DNA from: a virus
Taxonomy: Duplodnaviria > Caudoviricetes
Virus record (IMG/VR): IMGVR_UViG_3300032305_002284
Location: 1 to 59,441 of that record
Strand: one strand, 5' to 3'
Length of the DNA: 59,441 nucleotides
Notes under the pieces: generated by a model
Told to the model about the DNA's origin: nothing
What the model saw: the letters and a program-made list of their open reading frames with translations, nothing else
The model's database searches: none
Translations under genes and position numbers: made by a program
Part shown: positions 26,902 through 36,624 of the stretch, one piece after another
How the letters are laid out: every line of letters starts with the position of its first letter
How positions within the stretch are numbered: the first letter of the stretch is position 1

Positions 26902-27062
26902 AATTTAAAGAATATATAAAAGAACTTAGTGTTCCGCAAGGAACCACGGGTAATCGTAAAGAAGTTTCTACGTCAATGGTGGCGATTAGAATGGTATCTG
27001 GTAAAATAGAAAAACATCCACCTGGAAAGAGCGGAAGCTCAGGTGGTGGTGGGGGAGAATAA
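26895..27062 (+). CDS. Small hypothetical protein
   Basis: TTG start; MLKFKEYIKE...PGKSGSSGGGGGE. Confidence 0.5.
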   Translation: MLKFKEYIKELSVPQGTTGNRKEVSTSMVAIRMVSGKIEKHPPGKSGSSGGGGGE

Positions 27063-27063
27063 A

Positions 27064-27294
27064 ATGGAATATTTTGTATTTTTTAGTATTGTTGCTGCAG
27101 TAGGCGGTCTTATTTGGTATCTGACCGATAAGTTTCTAAAGAACGAAGCTGCAATGGTTGCGGAGAGCACCAAGAAAGAATTGCATAAGTTCAAAGAAGA
27201 AGTTGCTGCTGTTACAAATGCTGTTGAAAAGAAAGCAGAAGAGGTTGTTGCCGAGGTTAGGGTTGTAAAGACTAAAAGAAAGGCAAAGAAGTAA
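27064..27294 (+). CDS. Hypothetical membrane protein
   Basis: N-terminal TM; ggag RBS. Confidence 0.6.
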   Translation: MEYFVFFSIVAAVGGLIWYLTDKFLKNEAAMVAESTKKELHKFKEEVAAVTNAVEKKAEEVVAEVRVVKTKRKAKK

Positions 27295-27728
27295 TGAATG
27301 AATTAATTCAACAGATGAAGGTGGTTTTGGCATCTTCATTTGCTCTTTATTTAAAGACACATAACTTCCATTGGAATATTGAGGGCCCTAATTTCCCTCA
27401 ATATCATTCATTTCTTGATGGTATGTACAATGAAATCTGGACTGCTGTAGATGCAATTGCCGAGCATGTTAGAATACTTGATGCATATGCTCCAGGAAGT
27501 TTAAGTCGTTTTACTCAGCTTTCTGTTGTTGATGATCAGCTGAATATTCCTACTGCAAAAGCAATGCTTGCTGAATTAGAATCAGATAATCAAAAACTTA
27601 TATCTGAATTAAATAAAACACTTAGACTTGCTGAATCTGCTGATAAGAATGGCCTATCCAATTTTATTCAGGATCGTATTGATATTCATGAAAAACACAG
27701 ATGGATGTTAAGGTCTATAGGTAAATGA
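27294..27728 (+). CDS. dps: Dps ferritin-like DNA-protection protein
   Basis: LKTHNFHWNIEGPNFPQYH...DAIAEH.R...HEKHRWML. Confidence 0.93.
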   Translation: MNELIQQMKVVLASSFALYLKTHNFHWNIEGPNFPQYHSFLDGMYNEIWTAVDAIAEHVRILDAYAPGSLSRFTQLSVVDDQLNIPTAKAMLAELESDNQKLISELNKTLRLAESADKNGLSNFIQDRIDIHEKHRWMLRSIGK

Positions 27729-29494
27729 AAAATTTTAAATCAATATTTGAAGGCATTTCAAGTCAAGGTAAAATGATGGGTTCAAGAGGTTCTTCTTTTA
27801 GAGATTCATCTTCATCGAGCGATCAAAACAGTGGTTTAAGTATTGGTGCTAGTAGAGCTAAAGATCATGAAGATGCAGCAAAAAAAGCTTCGATTACAAG
27901 TGAAAAAAACCGTAAAAATGAAATAGAAAAACGTAATAAAGAAGCAGAACAACGCCAAAAGGAAACAATGCAAATGTCTCAAGAAGAAACTGTAGCCGAA
28001 GCAAAAATGATCAAGAAGTTTGTATTTGATAAGCCATATCAGCCTTTGGTCAAAGCTTATTCAAATCATGATACAGATCATTTGAAAGATATGCATAAGC
28101 GCTGGTCCGAAAGCCACCAAAGAAATATGAAAGGCTCGATGGACACAAATACAAGTGAAAAATTGTTAGCAGTTAATCACGTATTGAAAAGTCGCGGTGA
28201 AGATATGAAGATGCCCGAGCATAAGAATCTTGGTATGCACACATATAATATGCAGGAAGAAACCAATACAGAGAAGCGTGAAAAAATCAAGAATGTTGCC
28301 CGTATGGATGACGTAGAACCAACATCTAAAAAATCAACTTTGGGTAAAACAGATTCAATTAAAACAAAAATTGTAGAGGAAAAACCAACAATGTCATTAC
28401 CAAACTTTGGGCTTTCAGCAAGTCTAATTGCTGCTGCACGCCAAATCGTCGAAAAGAAAGATGATGTAAAACTTACCGGTGGTAAGACACAAGTTGAAGT
28501 AGAACCAGAAACAGATGATCGTTCCGAGAGTGACGAAGATACATCTACTTCAAAGAAGAAAAAGAAGCTTGATCCAGTCGGTAAAGAAGATGATGACATT
28601 GATAACGATGGTGATGTTGATAGGTCAGACAGTTATTTGAAGAATCGTCGTAAGGCTATCGGCAAAGCAATCAAGGAAGATGAACAACTTGAAGAAAATA
28701 CCATGTCTATAAAAGATGCTAATAAACTTCAAGACAAGCATAGATCCGCCGCTGAATACGCTCGTAAAGCTGGTGATAAAAAGGCATACAACGCACATAT
28801 GCAGCATTCTGCTTCTATTGAGGATAAACTTATTCAGAGTAGAAATGGTAGCACTATCGTAGGTAAAGCATTAGCAGCTAAATCCGAAAAGATATTCAAG
28901 GATCATCCATATGGTATTAAAGAAGAAATCGATCAACTTGATGAACTATCAAAAAAGACACTCGGCTCATATGTAAACAAAGCAGGTAATGACATAAGTT
29001 TGAAATCATACAATACTGGTAAAACCGGTAATGTAGATACTGCTGCAAAGGCCTCAAAAAGAATTCGTGGTATTCAAAAAGCAACCGATAAGCTTATTAC
29101 ACAAGGTGATTTTACATCCGATGAACTTGCCCGTATTGATGAGATTGCACAATCAATCTTTGAAATAGCAGCACCAGGGCTTGATTCAGATAAGAAATAT
29201 GCAAAGGGTGATGTGACCAATGCTGTTCTTTCGGATGAAAAGAAGCCTGGTATGGATGACGATCAACATAAGCATCCAATGCAACAACTGGAAAAAATTG
29301 CACATTCCGTTGAAGGTAGAGAACCATCCTTCGAACATAAAGATGGTTCTAAGACTAAAGTCGGCAAGACTCTAGCAAGACAATTGAAGTCTGTTCACGA
29401 TTCCATGAAAACTACACAAGAAAAAAATAAGTTTGCTGATTCTGTTCATGCTAGCCGTGATTCAATGAGAGCCGCTGCAGATAAGCATCTCTAA
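27725..29494 (+). CDS. Large charged protein, probable prohead-protease-processed internal protein
   Basis: LDPVGKEDDDIDNDGDVD.SD.YLKNRRKAI; LDELSKKTLGSY; many I/L-x-E sites. Confidence 0.6.
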   Translation: MKNFKSIFEGISSQGKMMGSRGSSFRDSSSSSDQNSGLSIGASRAKDHEDAAKKASITSEKNRKNEIEKRNKEAEQRQKETMQMSQEETVAEAKMIKKFVFDKPYQPLVKAYSNHDTDHLKDMHKRWSESHQRNMKGSMDTNTSEKLLAVNHVLKSRGEDMKMPEHKNLGMHTYNMQEETNTEKREKIKNVARMDDVEPTSKKSTLGKTDSIKTKIVEEKPTMSLPNFGLSASLIAAARQIVEKKDDVKLTGGKTQVEVEPETDDRSESDEDTSTSKKKKKLDPVGKEDDDIDNDGDVDRSDSYLKNRRKAIGKAIKEDEQLEENTMSIKDANKLQDKHRSAAEYARKAGDKKAYNAHMQHSASIEDKLIQSRNGSTIVGKALAAKSEKIFKDHPYGIKEEIDQLDELSKKTLGSYVNKAGNDISLKSYNTGKTGNVDTAAKASKRIRGIQKATDKLITQGDFTSDELARIDEIAQSIFEIAAPGLDSDKKYAKGDVTNAVLSDEKKPGMDDDQHKHPMQQLEKIAHSVEGREPSFEHKDGSKTKVGKTLARQLKSVHDSMKTTQEKNKFADSVHASRDSMRAAADKHL

Positions 29495-29539
29495 TATAAT
29501 TCTTTTTATAAATAAGAAAAACAATTTAGGAGTAAAACC

Positions 29540-30511
29540 ATGCCACTTTGGGGTAGAAACGACCAAGCTGTTACAGCTAATAGTACAACAACAAAGGAGT
29601 CTTCAAATGGGGCTCCAATTGGAACATATGCTCTTGTAAAGGGTGGTGGTGGTGCAAATGCACACTTTGGCAACACCTCATCTGGATCACGCGCATCTGT
29701 TGATTCTGCAATGTTTACCAACACAACAATCAGTGCCTTTGTACCTGGTCAGGCTGTTGGTGTATTTGGTATTGATACAACAGAAATGGGACTCAGTAGC
29801 GGTCCTCTAGGTCTTGCAAGAGTAACATTCGGTGGATCAGGTTATAGTGCAAACGCAACTGTAACTATTACTGCAACAAATGGTGGAACATCCGGCGCTG
29901 CTAATGCTTTTGCCAATACAACTGCCGGTGTTGGTGGTAAAATTACTGCAATCAATGTTACAGCTAATGGATCCGGTTATGTTACAAATCCAACTGTTGT
30001 TATTTCAGCCCCAACCGCTTTAAATATTACAGCTAATACAAGTGGTGTAAGTAATACAGCTGATGTTCTTTTACTTGCAACTGCTAACTCACGTTTCCAA
30101 GCAGGTGACAGACTTTTTTATGGTGTGCCTACCGGCAATACAGCTATTCCTAACCTCGTCGGTAATACATTTTACTTTGTAACATTTGCCAATACAACTG
30201 CTCTTGCTCTTTCAACTACTCTTGGCGGTTCGAACGTAGATATTGCTACAACAGTCGCCGTTGCAGGGCAAACCCACACACTAACTGGCGATACTGCAAC
30301 TGGTGTTATTCTGACACGTGGCGCTAAAAATGGTGGTGTTGCACATGCTGGATGGGTTGTAAGAAGAGAGGGTACTGGTGGTAGAGCTGGCCGTGTTCAT
30401 TATGAAACATTAGTAGCCGGTGGTTCACTTGGCGCTCAGACTGCTGCTTATGGCACTGCAGCAACAACTGCTGACGGTAACGACGATATTGTACTACATG
30501 AAACACCATAA
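29540..30511 (+). CDS. Putative structural protein (Gly/Thr/Ala-rich)
   Basis: MPLWG...GSGY repeats...HAGWV.R..G.GGRAGRV.YETLVA; TATAAATA at 29507. Confidence 0.7.
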   Translation: MPLWGRNDQAVTANSTTTKESSNGAPIGTYALVKGGGGANAHFGNTSSGSRASVDSAMFTNTTISAFVPGQAVGVFGIDTTEMGLSSGPLGLARVTFGGSGYSANATVTITATNGGTSGAANAFANTTAGVGGKITAINVTANGSGYVTNPTVVISAPTALNITANTSGVSNTADVLLLATANSRFQAGDRLFYGVPTGNTAIPNLVGNTFYFVTFANTTALALSTTLGGSNVDIATTVAVAGQTHTLTGDTATGVILTRGAKNGGVAHAGWVVRREGTGGRAGRVHYETLVAGGSLGAQTAAYGTAATTADGNDDIVLHETP

Positions 30512-30542
30512 TAAATACTACTAAAAACTAGGAGTATTTCTT

Positions 30543-30827
30543 ATGGCAAATGACGCTAAAAAAGTAAGTGAATTAGCAGTAACAACTACCCTGTCTGCAA
30601 ATGACAGGGTAGTTATCTTATCAAGCCCATCGAGCGCAGCTAATACAAAAACCATTACTGCGGCTAACTTTGCTAACAGCGTAGCAGCAAAATTCATTTC
30701 TAATTCTGCGCCAACTAGCAATACATCAAATGGTGTAACAGGTCAAATAGCTTATGATAGCAATACTTTATATATTTGTGTTGCTAATAATAAATGGGGT
30801 AAAGCTACTCTTTCCCTTTCTTGGTAA
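30543..30827 (+). CDS. Putative small structural protein
   Basis: KKVSEL...GQIAYDSNTLYICVANNKW. Confidence 0.6.
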   Translation: MANDAKKVSELAVTTTLSANDRVVILSSPSSAANTKTITAANFANSVAAKFISNSAPTSNTSNGVTGQIAYDSNTLYICVANNKWGKATLSLSW

Positions 30828-30858
30828 CGATATCATAAAGAAATTATATAATAACATA

Positions 30859-31254
30859 ATGAATGAACATTTGACTGATGAGAACTTTTTAATATATTGT
30901 GCTAAAGTGTATGACAATCTTGGTATGACATCTACTGATGAATTCATGGAAGATCTTGACAGAATAAAGTATATTAAAAAATTACTTACTCGTTATTGTG
31001 AAACTGGAGAGTTAAAAGAAAGATTGATCCTCAATCATATTATAACTCTCCATAATTGTTTTAATAAACATTTAGCTAAAATTTTATTTTTAAAAGCGGA
31101 AAAACAGTTTCATCATATTAAGCCTTTTCTAATTTTAATTAACGCACTTCCTGAAAAAATAAATAACGTAGGTGAACACAATATAGTTTATATGGACACT
31201 ATACCTCTAGATACAAAAATTGTTTTAGCACTACGGAAAATTAATAATGGATAA
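30859..31254 (+). CDS. Conserved T4-like hypothetical protein
   Basis: LTDENFLIYCAK.YDN...EF.EDL.RIKYIK...ERLILNHII. Confidence 0.7.
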   Translation: MNEHLTDENFLIYCAKVYDNLGMTSTDEFMEDLDRIKYIKKLLTRYCETGELKERLILNHIITLHNCFNKHLAKILFLKAEKQFHHIKPFLILINALPEKINNVGEHNIVYMDTIPLDTKIVLALRKINNG

Positions 31255-31411
31255 AATCAAAGAAGATATGGCTTCAACTGGGGCTTTTAATTCCGCCGGA
31301 GGTGGTGGTGTTGATGGTATCGGTGTTGGACCAAAAGGTGAGCCGGGTGTTTATCCAAAGAAAAAGAAGTTGCGTATTATAGCCCCAATGTTAAAATGTA
31401 AAGGACAATGA
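31247..31411 (+). CDS. Small hypothetical protein
   Basis: IKED...GGGGVDGIGVGPKGEPGV.PKKKK. Confidence 0.55.
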   Translation: MDKIKEDMASTGAFNSAGGGGVDGIGVGPKGEPGVYPKKKKLRIIAPMLKCKGQ

Positions 31412-31412
31412 A

Positions 31413-31781
31413 ATGAATCCAGAAGAGCGTTTTGATAAGATAGATGATGCCATTCAAAGACTTGCTGTTGTCGCCTCCGATCTTTCCAAAATGCTCGCTG
31501 TGCATGAGCATCGTATCGGACAACAAGAAAAAACTTATGAAAATATTGTTTCGTCAATGGAAAAACGTAGAACTGAAATTGATGTTACATTAAAAGATGT
31601 TTATTCTACAATTAAAACTGAAAATAATGCTTTAAAAGAATACTTTACAAAGGAAAATAGTGCACAAAATTCAAAAATTGATTATCTTGAAAAAAGATTT
31701 TATATGGCATTAGGTGCTATTACAATAATAGGTCTATTTGCATCTCATATTATGAAAGTACTTTTTAATATTTCAAATTAA
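31413..31781 (+). CDS. Coiled-coil protein with C-terminal TM
   Basis: LAVHE.RI...; C-terminal hydrophobic segment. Confidence 0.6.
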   Translation: MNPEERFDKIDDAIQRLAVVASDLSKMLAVHEHRIGQQEKTYENIVSSMEKRRTEIDVTLKDVYSTIKTENNALKEYFTKENSAQNSKIDYLEKRFYMALGAITIIGLFASHIMKVLFNISN

Positions 31782-31855
31782 TAACAAAAAACTATAGTTG
31801 ACTTTTTCTCTGGCCATGTTATAATCCTAGTGAGGTTACAAAATGGATTATAGTT

Positions 31856-32884
31856 ATGAATTGGCTTGACTCAAAATATTTAAATATGGTGTCACCTAGA
31901 CTTAGGAATTACAAACGTAAGTCTGGTACCCTGGTTAATTTCTCATGTATACTTTGTGGTGATTCAACCACCAATACCAGGAAAGCCAGGGCTTACATTT
32001 ATGAAAAAAAAGGTAATACTTTATTTCATTGTCATAATTGTGGTGCTACCAAAAACTTTCCTAATTTTTTGAAAACTATTGACTTTCAATTATATAGTGA
32101 TTATAATATTGAATTGCTCAAAGATAGTAAAATAGTTAATAAAGAAAAGGATGAATTTGAGCAATTCGTTGCAAAAATGAAAACACCTTTGTTTATTAAG
32201 GATGGACCGCTCAAAGGACTTAAAAAAATTAGTCAGTTACCTGCAGATCATTTTTGTAAAGAATATGTTGCAGGTCGACAAATCCCAAATATATTTCATT
32301 CAAAAATGTTTTATTGTCCTAAGTTTTTTACTTGGGTCAATACTTTTATTCCTGGAAAATTCAGTGACGAATCATTGCTTTATGATGAGCCTAGACTTTT
32401 GATTCCCTTTATTAAAGATGATAAGATGCATGCTTTTCAAGGTAGATCCTTAAATAAAGAATCAAGTCTCCGGTATATTACTATTGTATATGATCAAGAT
32501 GTACCGAAAGTTTATGGGTTGGATACAGTGGATTATGATAAAAAAGTATATGTATTTGAAGGTCCGATTGATTCAATGTTTGTACTTAATTCAATTGCTA
32601 CTGCTGGTGGTGATCTTGTTTCTACTGTAAAGGATATTCCTAAGAAAAACTTGGTGGTTGTATATGATAATGAACCACGAAGCAAAGAGACTAAACAAAA
32701 GATTGACAAAGCTGTAATAAATGGTTATAATGTATGTGTATGGCCAAGTAATCTTGAACATAAGGACGTGAATGATATGATCCTGAATGGATTGTCTGCA
32801 GATTTCGTTCGATATATAATTGACACAAATACTTATAAAGATCTCAAAGCCAAATTGGCACTTAATATGTGGAGCAAAGCATGA
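31856..32884 (+). CDS. gp61: DNA primase
   Basis: CILCGDS...CHNCG; FQGR; VFEGPIDS; YDNEPR; KDVNDM. Confidence 0.96.
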   Translation: MNWLDSKYLNMVSPRLRNYKRKSGTLVNFSCILCGDSTTNTRKARAYIYEKKGNTLFHCHNCGATKNFPNFLKTIDFQLYSDYNIELLKDSKIVNKEKDEFEQFVAKMKTPLFIKDGPLKGLKKISQLPADHFCKEYVAGRQIPNIFHSKMFYCPKFFTWVNTFIPGKFSDESLLYDEPRLLIPFIKDDKMHAFQGRSLNKESSLRYITIVYDQDVPKVYGLDTVDYDKKVYVFEGPIDSMFVLNSIATAGGDLVSTVKDIPKKNLVVVYDNEPRSKETKQKIDKAVINGYNVCVWPSNLEHKDVNDMILNGLSADFVRYIIDTNTYKDLKAKLALNMWSKA

Positions 32885-33048
32885 AATTCGATGTTGTTTC
32901 GTTTAAAGATAATGATGACGGTTCTGGTACTATGGTTGTTGACTTTGATAATGAAGCTCTGATTGCTTTTGCAAAGATTGGCATCCTCAAGATATTGACT
33001 GATGAGGCTGAACGCGTTATTAAAGAACATGAAGAGGTAAGTGAATGA
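32881..33048 (+). CDS. Small hypothetical protein
   Basis: Coupled by ATGA overlaps on both sides. Confidence 0.55.
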   Translation: MKFDVVSFKDNDDGSGTMVVDFDNEALIAFAKIGILKILTDEAERVIKEHEEVSE

Positions 33049-33698
33049 ACACAGCAAAAATAGTTGCTATTACTAATCCTTTAATTGAAGGACTTGATTC
33101 AGCAGATAAATTTATTGCTTATGCAGCTCGAGTGTCCAATCCCAGTAATCAAATGAATACTGGTACATCAGAAAAGTTGCTTAGGTATTGTATTAAAAAC
33201 AAACACTTCTCGATTTTCGAGATGGTTAATGTAGTTATGGAGATAGATACAACTCGTGACATTGCTCGACAAATTCTACGTCATCGTTCATTCTCGTTTC
33301 AAGAATTTTCACAACGCTATGCTGATCCTACAAAGGATCTTGGGTTCGTAACTCGAGAAGCAAGACTTCAAGATTTTAAGAATCGACAGAATAGTATTGA
33401 GGTTGAAGATGATCTTGAATTGACTGCTGAATGGAATAGGAAACAATTAAATTTAATTGTGAAGTCTAGAGATGTATATGATTGGGCAATCAGCAATGGT
33501 ATTGCTAAAGAACAAGCCAGAGCAGTACTTCCTGAGGGGTTGACTAGATCTCGTATGTATATGAACGGTACTCTTCGTAGCTGGTTTCATTACTGCGAGC
33601 TGCGTATGGAAAATGGTACGCAAAAAGAACACAGACTTGTGGCCGAATCAGCTTGGAATGAATTGTCTGTATATTTCAAGTTTCTAACAGAAAAGTAA
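33045..33698 (+). CDS. thyX: Flavin-dependent thymidylate synthase
   Basis: RQILRHRSFSFQEFSQRY. Confidence 0.96.
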   Translation: MNTAKIVAITNPLIEGLDSADKFIAYAARVSNPSNQMNTGTSEKLLRYCIKNKHFSIFEMVNVVMEIDTTRDIARQILRHRSFSFQEFSQRYADPTKDLGFVTREARLQDFKNRQNSIEVEDDLELTAEWNRKQLNLIVKSRDVYDWAISNGIAKEQARAVLPEGLTRSRMYMNGTLRSWFHYCELRMENGTQKEHRLVAESAWNELSVYFKFLTEK

Positions 33699-33709
33699 GG
33701 TAATAACAA

Positions 33710-35998
33710 ATGATTAGAGTAACAAAGCGGGATGGTAGACATGAACCGCTAAATCTGGAAAAGTTCCATCGTGTAGTCGCTTGGGCTTGTGAAAATCTCA
33801 CTGGTGTTTCTGAGAGTGAGATTGAACTTAAGTCTCAAGTTCAGTTTTATGATAATATTAAAACAAAAGATATTCACGAGACTCTAATCAAGGCAGCTTC
33901 TGAACTGATTGATGTTGATACTCCAAACTATCAATATGTTGCATCACGACTGATTAACTATGCACTTCGTAAGGAAGTCTATGGTGGTCCTGATCCATGG
34001 GATCTTAGTATTCACATTTATGAAAATGTTGAAGCGGGATTCTATGATAAAGATATTTTGAGTCAGTATACCGTTGATGAAATGAAAAGCTTGAATAAGC
34101 ATATTGATCACAATCGTGATTTTAATATTGCTTATGCAGGTATGGAACAATTCCGTGGTAAGTATTTAGTTAAGAATAGAGCAACAAAGCAATATTATGA
34201 AACACCTCAAATGGCGTTCATGCTCATTGCCATGACTCTATTTCGTAATTATGCAAAAGAAACTCGGCTGAAGTGGGTCAAGGATTTCTATGATGCAGTA
34301 TCTACATTCGAAATCTCATTGCCAACACCAATTATGGCAGGACTTAGAACACCACAACGCCAGTTTTCATCTTGTGTATTGATCGAGGCTGGTGACTCAC
34401 TTGATTCTATTATTGCAACAACTGGCGCAATCGTAAAGTATATTAGCCAGAAGGCTGGTATTGGTCTTGGTGCTGGTTCTATTCGTGCAATTGGAACACC
34501 AGTTCGGAATGGTGATGCTACATCCGAAGGTAATATTCCATACTATAAGCTATTCCAGGCAGCAACTAAGTCTTGTAGTCAAGGTGGTGTTCGCGGTGGT
34601 TCAGCAACTATTCATACGGTGTTTTGGCATAAAGAGATTGAGGATCTTCTAGTACTTAAGAATAATAAAGGTACTGATGAGAATCGTGTTCGGAATATGG
34701 ATTACTCAATTCAGTTTAATAAAGTCATGTATGAACGTCTATTGACCGGTGGTAATATTACACTATTTGATCCACATGATGTTCAAGATATGTATGATAC
34801 ATTTTTTACCGATGTTGATAAGTTTCGTGAACTTTATGAAGCAGCAGAAAAGAATCCAGCTATAAACAAGAAAGCGGTGTCTGCTATTGATCTGTTCTCT
34901 ACATTCTTACAGGAACGTAAGGATACAGGTAGAATTTATCTTATGAATGTTGACCATGCAAATGATCATGGTGCGTTTGATAAACATATGGCACCGATTA
35001 GACAATCCAACTTGTGCCAAGAAATTGATCTTCCTACTAAGCCATTAAATAGTCTTGATGATGAATCTGGTGAAATTAGTCTTTGTACTTTAGCAGCAAT
35101 TAATTGGGGAAAAATCCGTGATCCTAATGATTTTGAACGTGTTTGTACTCTTAGCGTCCGTGCATTGGATGAGTTGCTCGATTATCAAAATTATCCAATC
35201 GAGGCGGCCAGGCGGTCTACCATGTCGAGAAGACCACTTGGAATTGGTATTATCAATTTTGCTTACTGGCTTGCTCGTAATGACCTTAACTATCAGCATA
35301 TAACTTCTGAAGGTCTACAAAAGATCCATGAATATGCAGAAGCATGGTCATATTACTTGATCAAGGCATCCGTTGATCTTGCAGCAGAAAAGGGTCAATG
35401 TTTATTCTCACATCAAACAAAATATCATTATGGTCAATTTCCAATTGATACATACAAAAGAGATGTTGACGAATTAGCAAAACCGGTATATAATATGGAT
35501 TGGAATGGCCTACGTCTATCTATTGCTGAACACGGTATTCGTAATTCCACTTTAATGGCTTTAATGCCATCTGAGACAAGTGCTCAGGTTTCCAATTCAA
35601 CAAATGGTATTGAACCACCTCGTGCTTTGGTGTCCGTTAAGACATCGAAGGATGGTGTGCTGAAGCAGGTTGTTCCAGAAGTTCGTAGACTTAAGAATAA
35701 GTATGATTTGCTTTGGGATCAAAAGTCACCCGAAGGATACCTGAAGATCTGTGCTGTGTTACAGAAGTTTATTGATCAGGGTATTTCTGTTAATACTAGT
35801 TATAATCCTAAGTTCTATAATGATGACCAAATTCCTTTATCAGAGCTTATCAAGCATGTAATTATGTTTTATAAGTATGGTGGCAAGCAATTATACTATT
35901 TTAATACTGCTGATGGTGCTGGTGAGGCAAATATTGAACCAACAAATAATCAAGTACCAGAAATTTATGAAGAAGATTGTGAAAGCTGTAAAATCTAA
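33710..35998 (+). CDS. nrdA: Class Ia ribonucleotide reductase alpha subunit
   Basis: ATP cone, TPIMAG, SSC, SNLCQEI, LYY, C-terminal CESC. Confidence 0.98.
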   Translation: MIRVTKRDGRHEPLNLEKFHRVVAWACENLTGVSESEIELKSQVQFYDNIKTKDIHETLIKAASELIDVDTPNYQYVASRLINYALRKEVYGGPDPWDLSIHIYENVEAGFYDKDILSQYTVDEMKSLNKHIDHNRDFNIAYAGMEQFRGKYLVKNRATKQYYETPQMAFMLIAMTLFRNYAKETRLKWVKDFYDAVSTFEISLPTPIMAGLRTPQRQFSSCVLIEAGDSLDSIIATTGAIVKYISQKAGIGLGAGSIRAIGTPVRNGDATSEGNIPYYKLFQAATKSCSQGGVRGGSATIHTVFWHKEIEDLLVLKNNKGTDENRVRNMDYSIQFNKVMYERLLTGGNITLFDPHDVQDMYDTFFTDVDKFRELYEAAEKNPAINKKAVSAIDLFSTFLQERKDTGRIYLMNVDHANDHGAFDKHMAPIRQSNLCQEIDLPTKPLNSLDDESGEISLCTLAAINWGKIRDPNDFERVCTLSVRALDELLDYQNYPIEAARRSTMSRRPLGIGIINFAYWLARNDLNYQHITSEGLQKIHEYAEAWSYYLIKASVDLAAEKGQCLFSHQTKYHYGQFPIDTYKRDVDELAKPVYNMDWNGLRLSIAEHGIRNSTLMALMPSETSAQVSNSTNGIEPPRALVSVKTSKDGVLKQVVPEVRRLKNKYDLLWDQKSPEGYLKICAVLQKFIDQGISVNTSYNPKFYNDDQIPLSELIKHVIMFYKYGGKQLYYFNTADGAGEANIEPTNNQVPEIYEEDCESCKI

Positions 35999-36624
35999 TG
36001 GCATATTTAAATCATAATCTACCTACGTTTACATGTTTGATAAGAAACGAATACTTGTTTAATCATGAACAAGGTTGGGACGAATATACTTTATGTGATG
36101 TTCATAGTGTAGCATCTCTTGAGAAAAGAGTTCCTCTTTTTGAGGCTTTTTTAGAGAATGGAGTGAATTGGACTAGGCGACCAATAACTGCTTTTTGCTG
36201 GAAACCAAATGCTCCGGTACATAATTTGAATGTTCATATGTATTGGGATTGTTTTTCTCCTTACGTCGATGTTCAAATAAGAAATAGGCTTGCTAATCTA
36301 AAAGCCGAATTAATAGATTTTCGTGGTAATAAACATTCAGGCATTTACATGTTTACTATGGATTGGTCTTGGGAAAATAAAGCTGTATTAAATACTAATT
36401 TCTCAGAGACTCCTGAACATAAATGCGCTCATATGTTTAAGATGAATGACGGTAATTTTTTTGCTTATCCAAATAATAGAATCATTTGGCATGATGATGC
36501 TTGGACTAAAAATCGTATAACCGGTAATCCTGGATACAAAATTGATATGAATGAATATTCCGTTGAAAATTCCAGACAAGTAGAAACTTCTGAAGAATAT
36601 TTTTATGAAATCAAGGAGACCTAA
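35998..36624 (+). CDS. Conserved phage hypothetical protein
   Basis: YLNHNLP...WDCFS...YMFT.DW...EHKC.H...AYPNNR. Confidence 0.7.
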   Translation: MAYLNHNLPTFTCLIRNEYLFNHEQGWDEYTLCDVHSVASLEKRVPLFEAFLENGVNWTRRPITAFCWKPNAPVHNLNVHMYWDCFSPYVDVQIRNRLANLKAELIDFRGNKHSGIYMFTMDWSWENKAVLNTNFSETPEHKCAHMFKMNDGNFFAYPNNRIIWHDDAWTKNRITGNPGYKIDMNEYSVENSRQVETSEEYFYEIKET

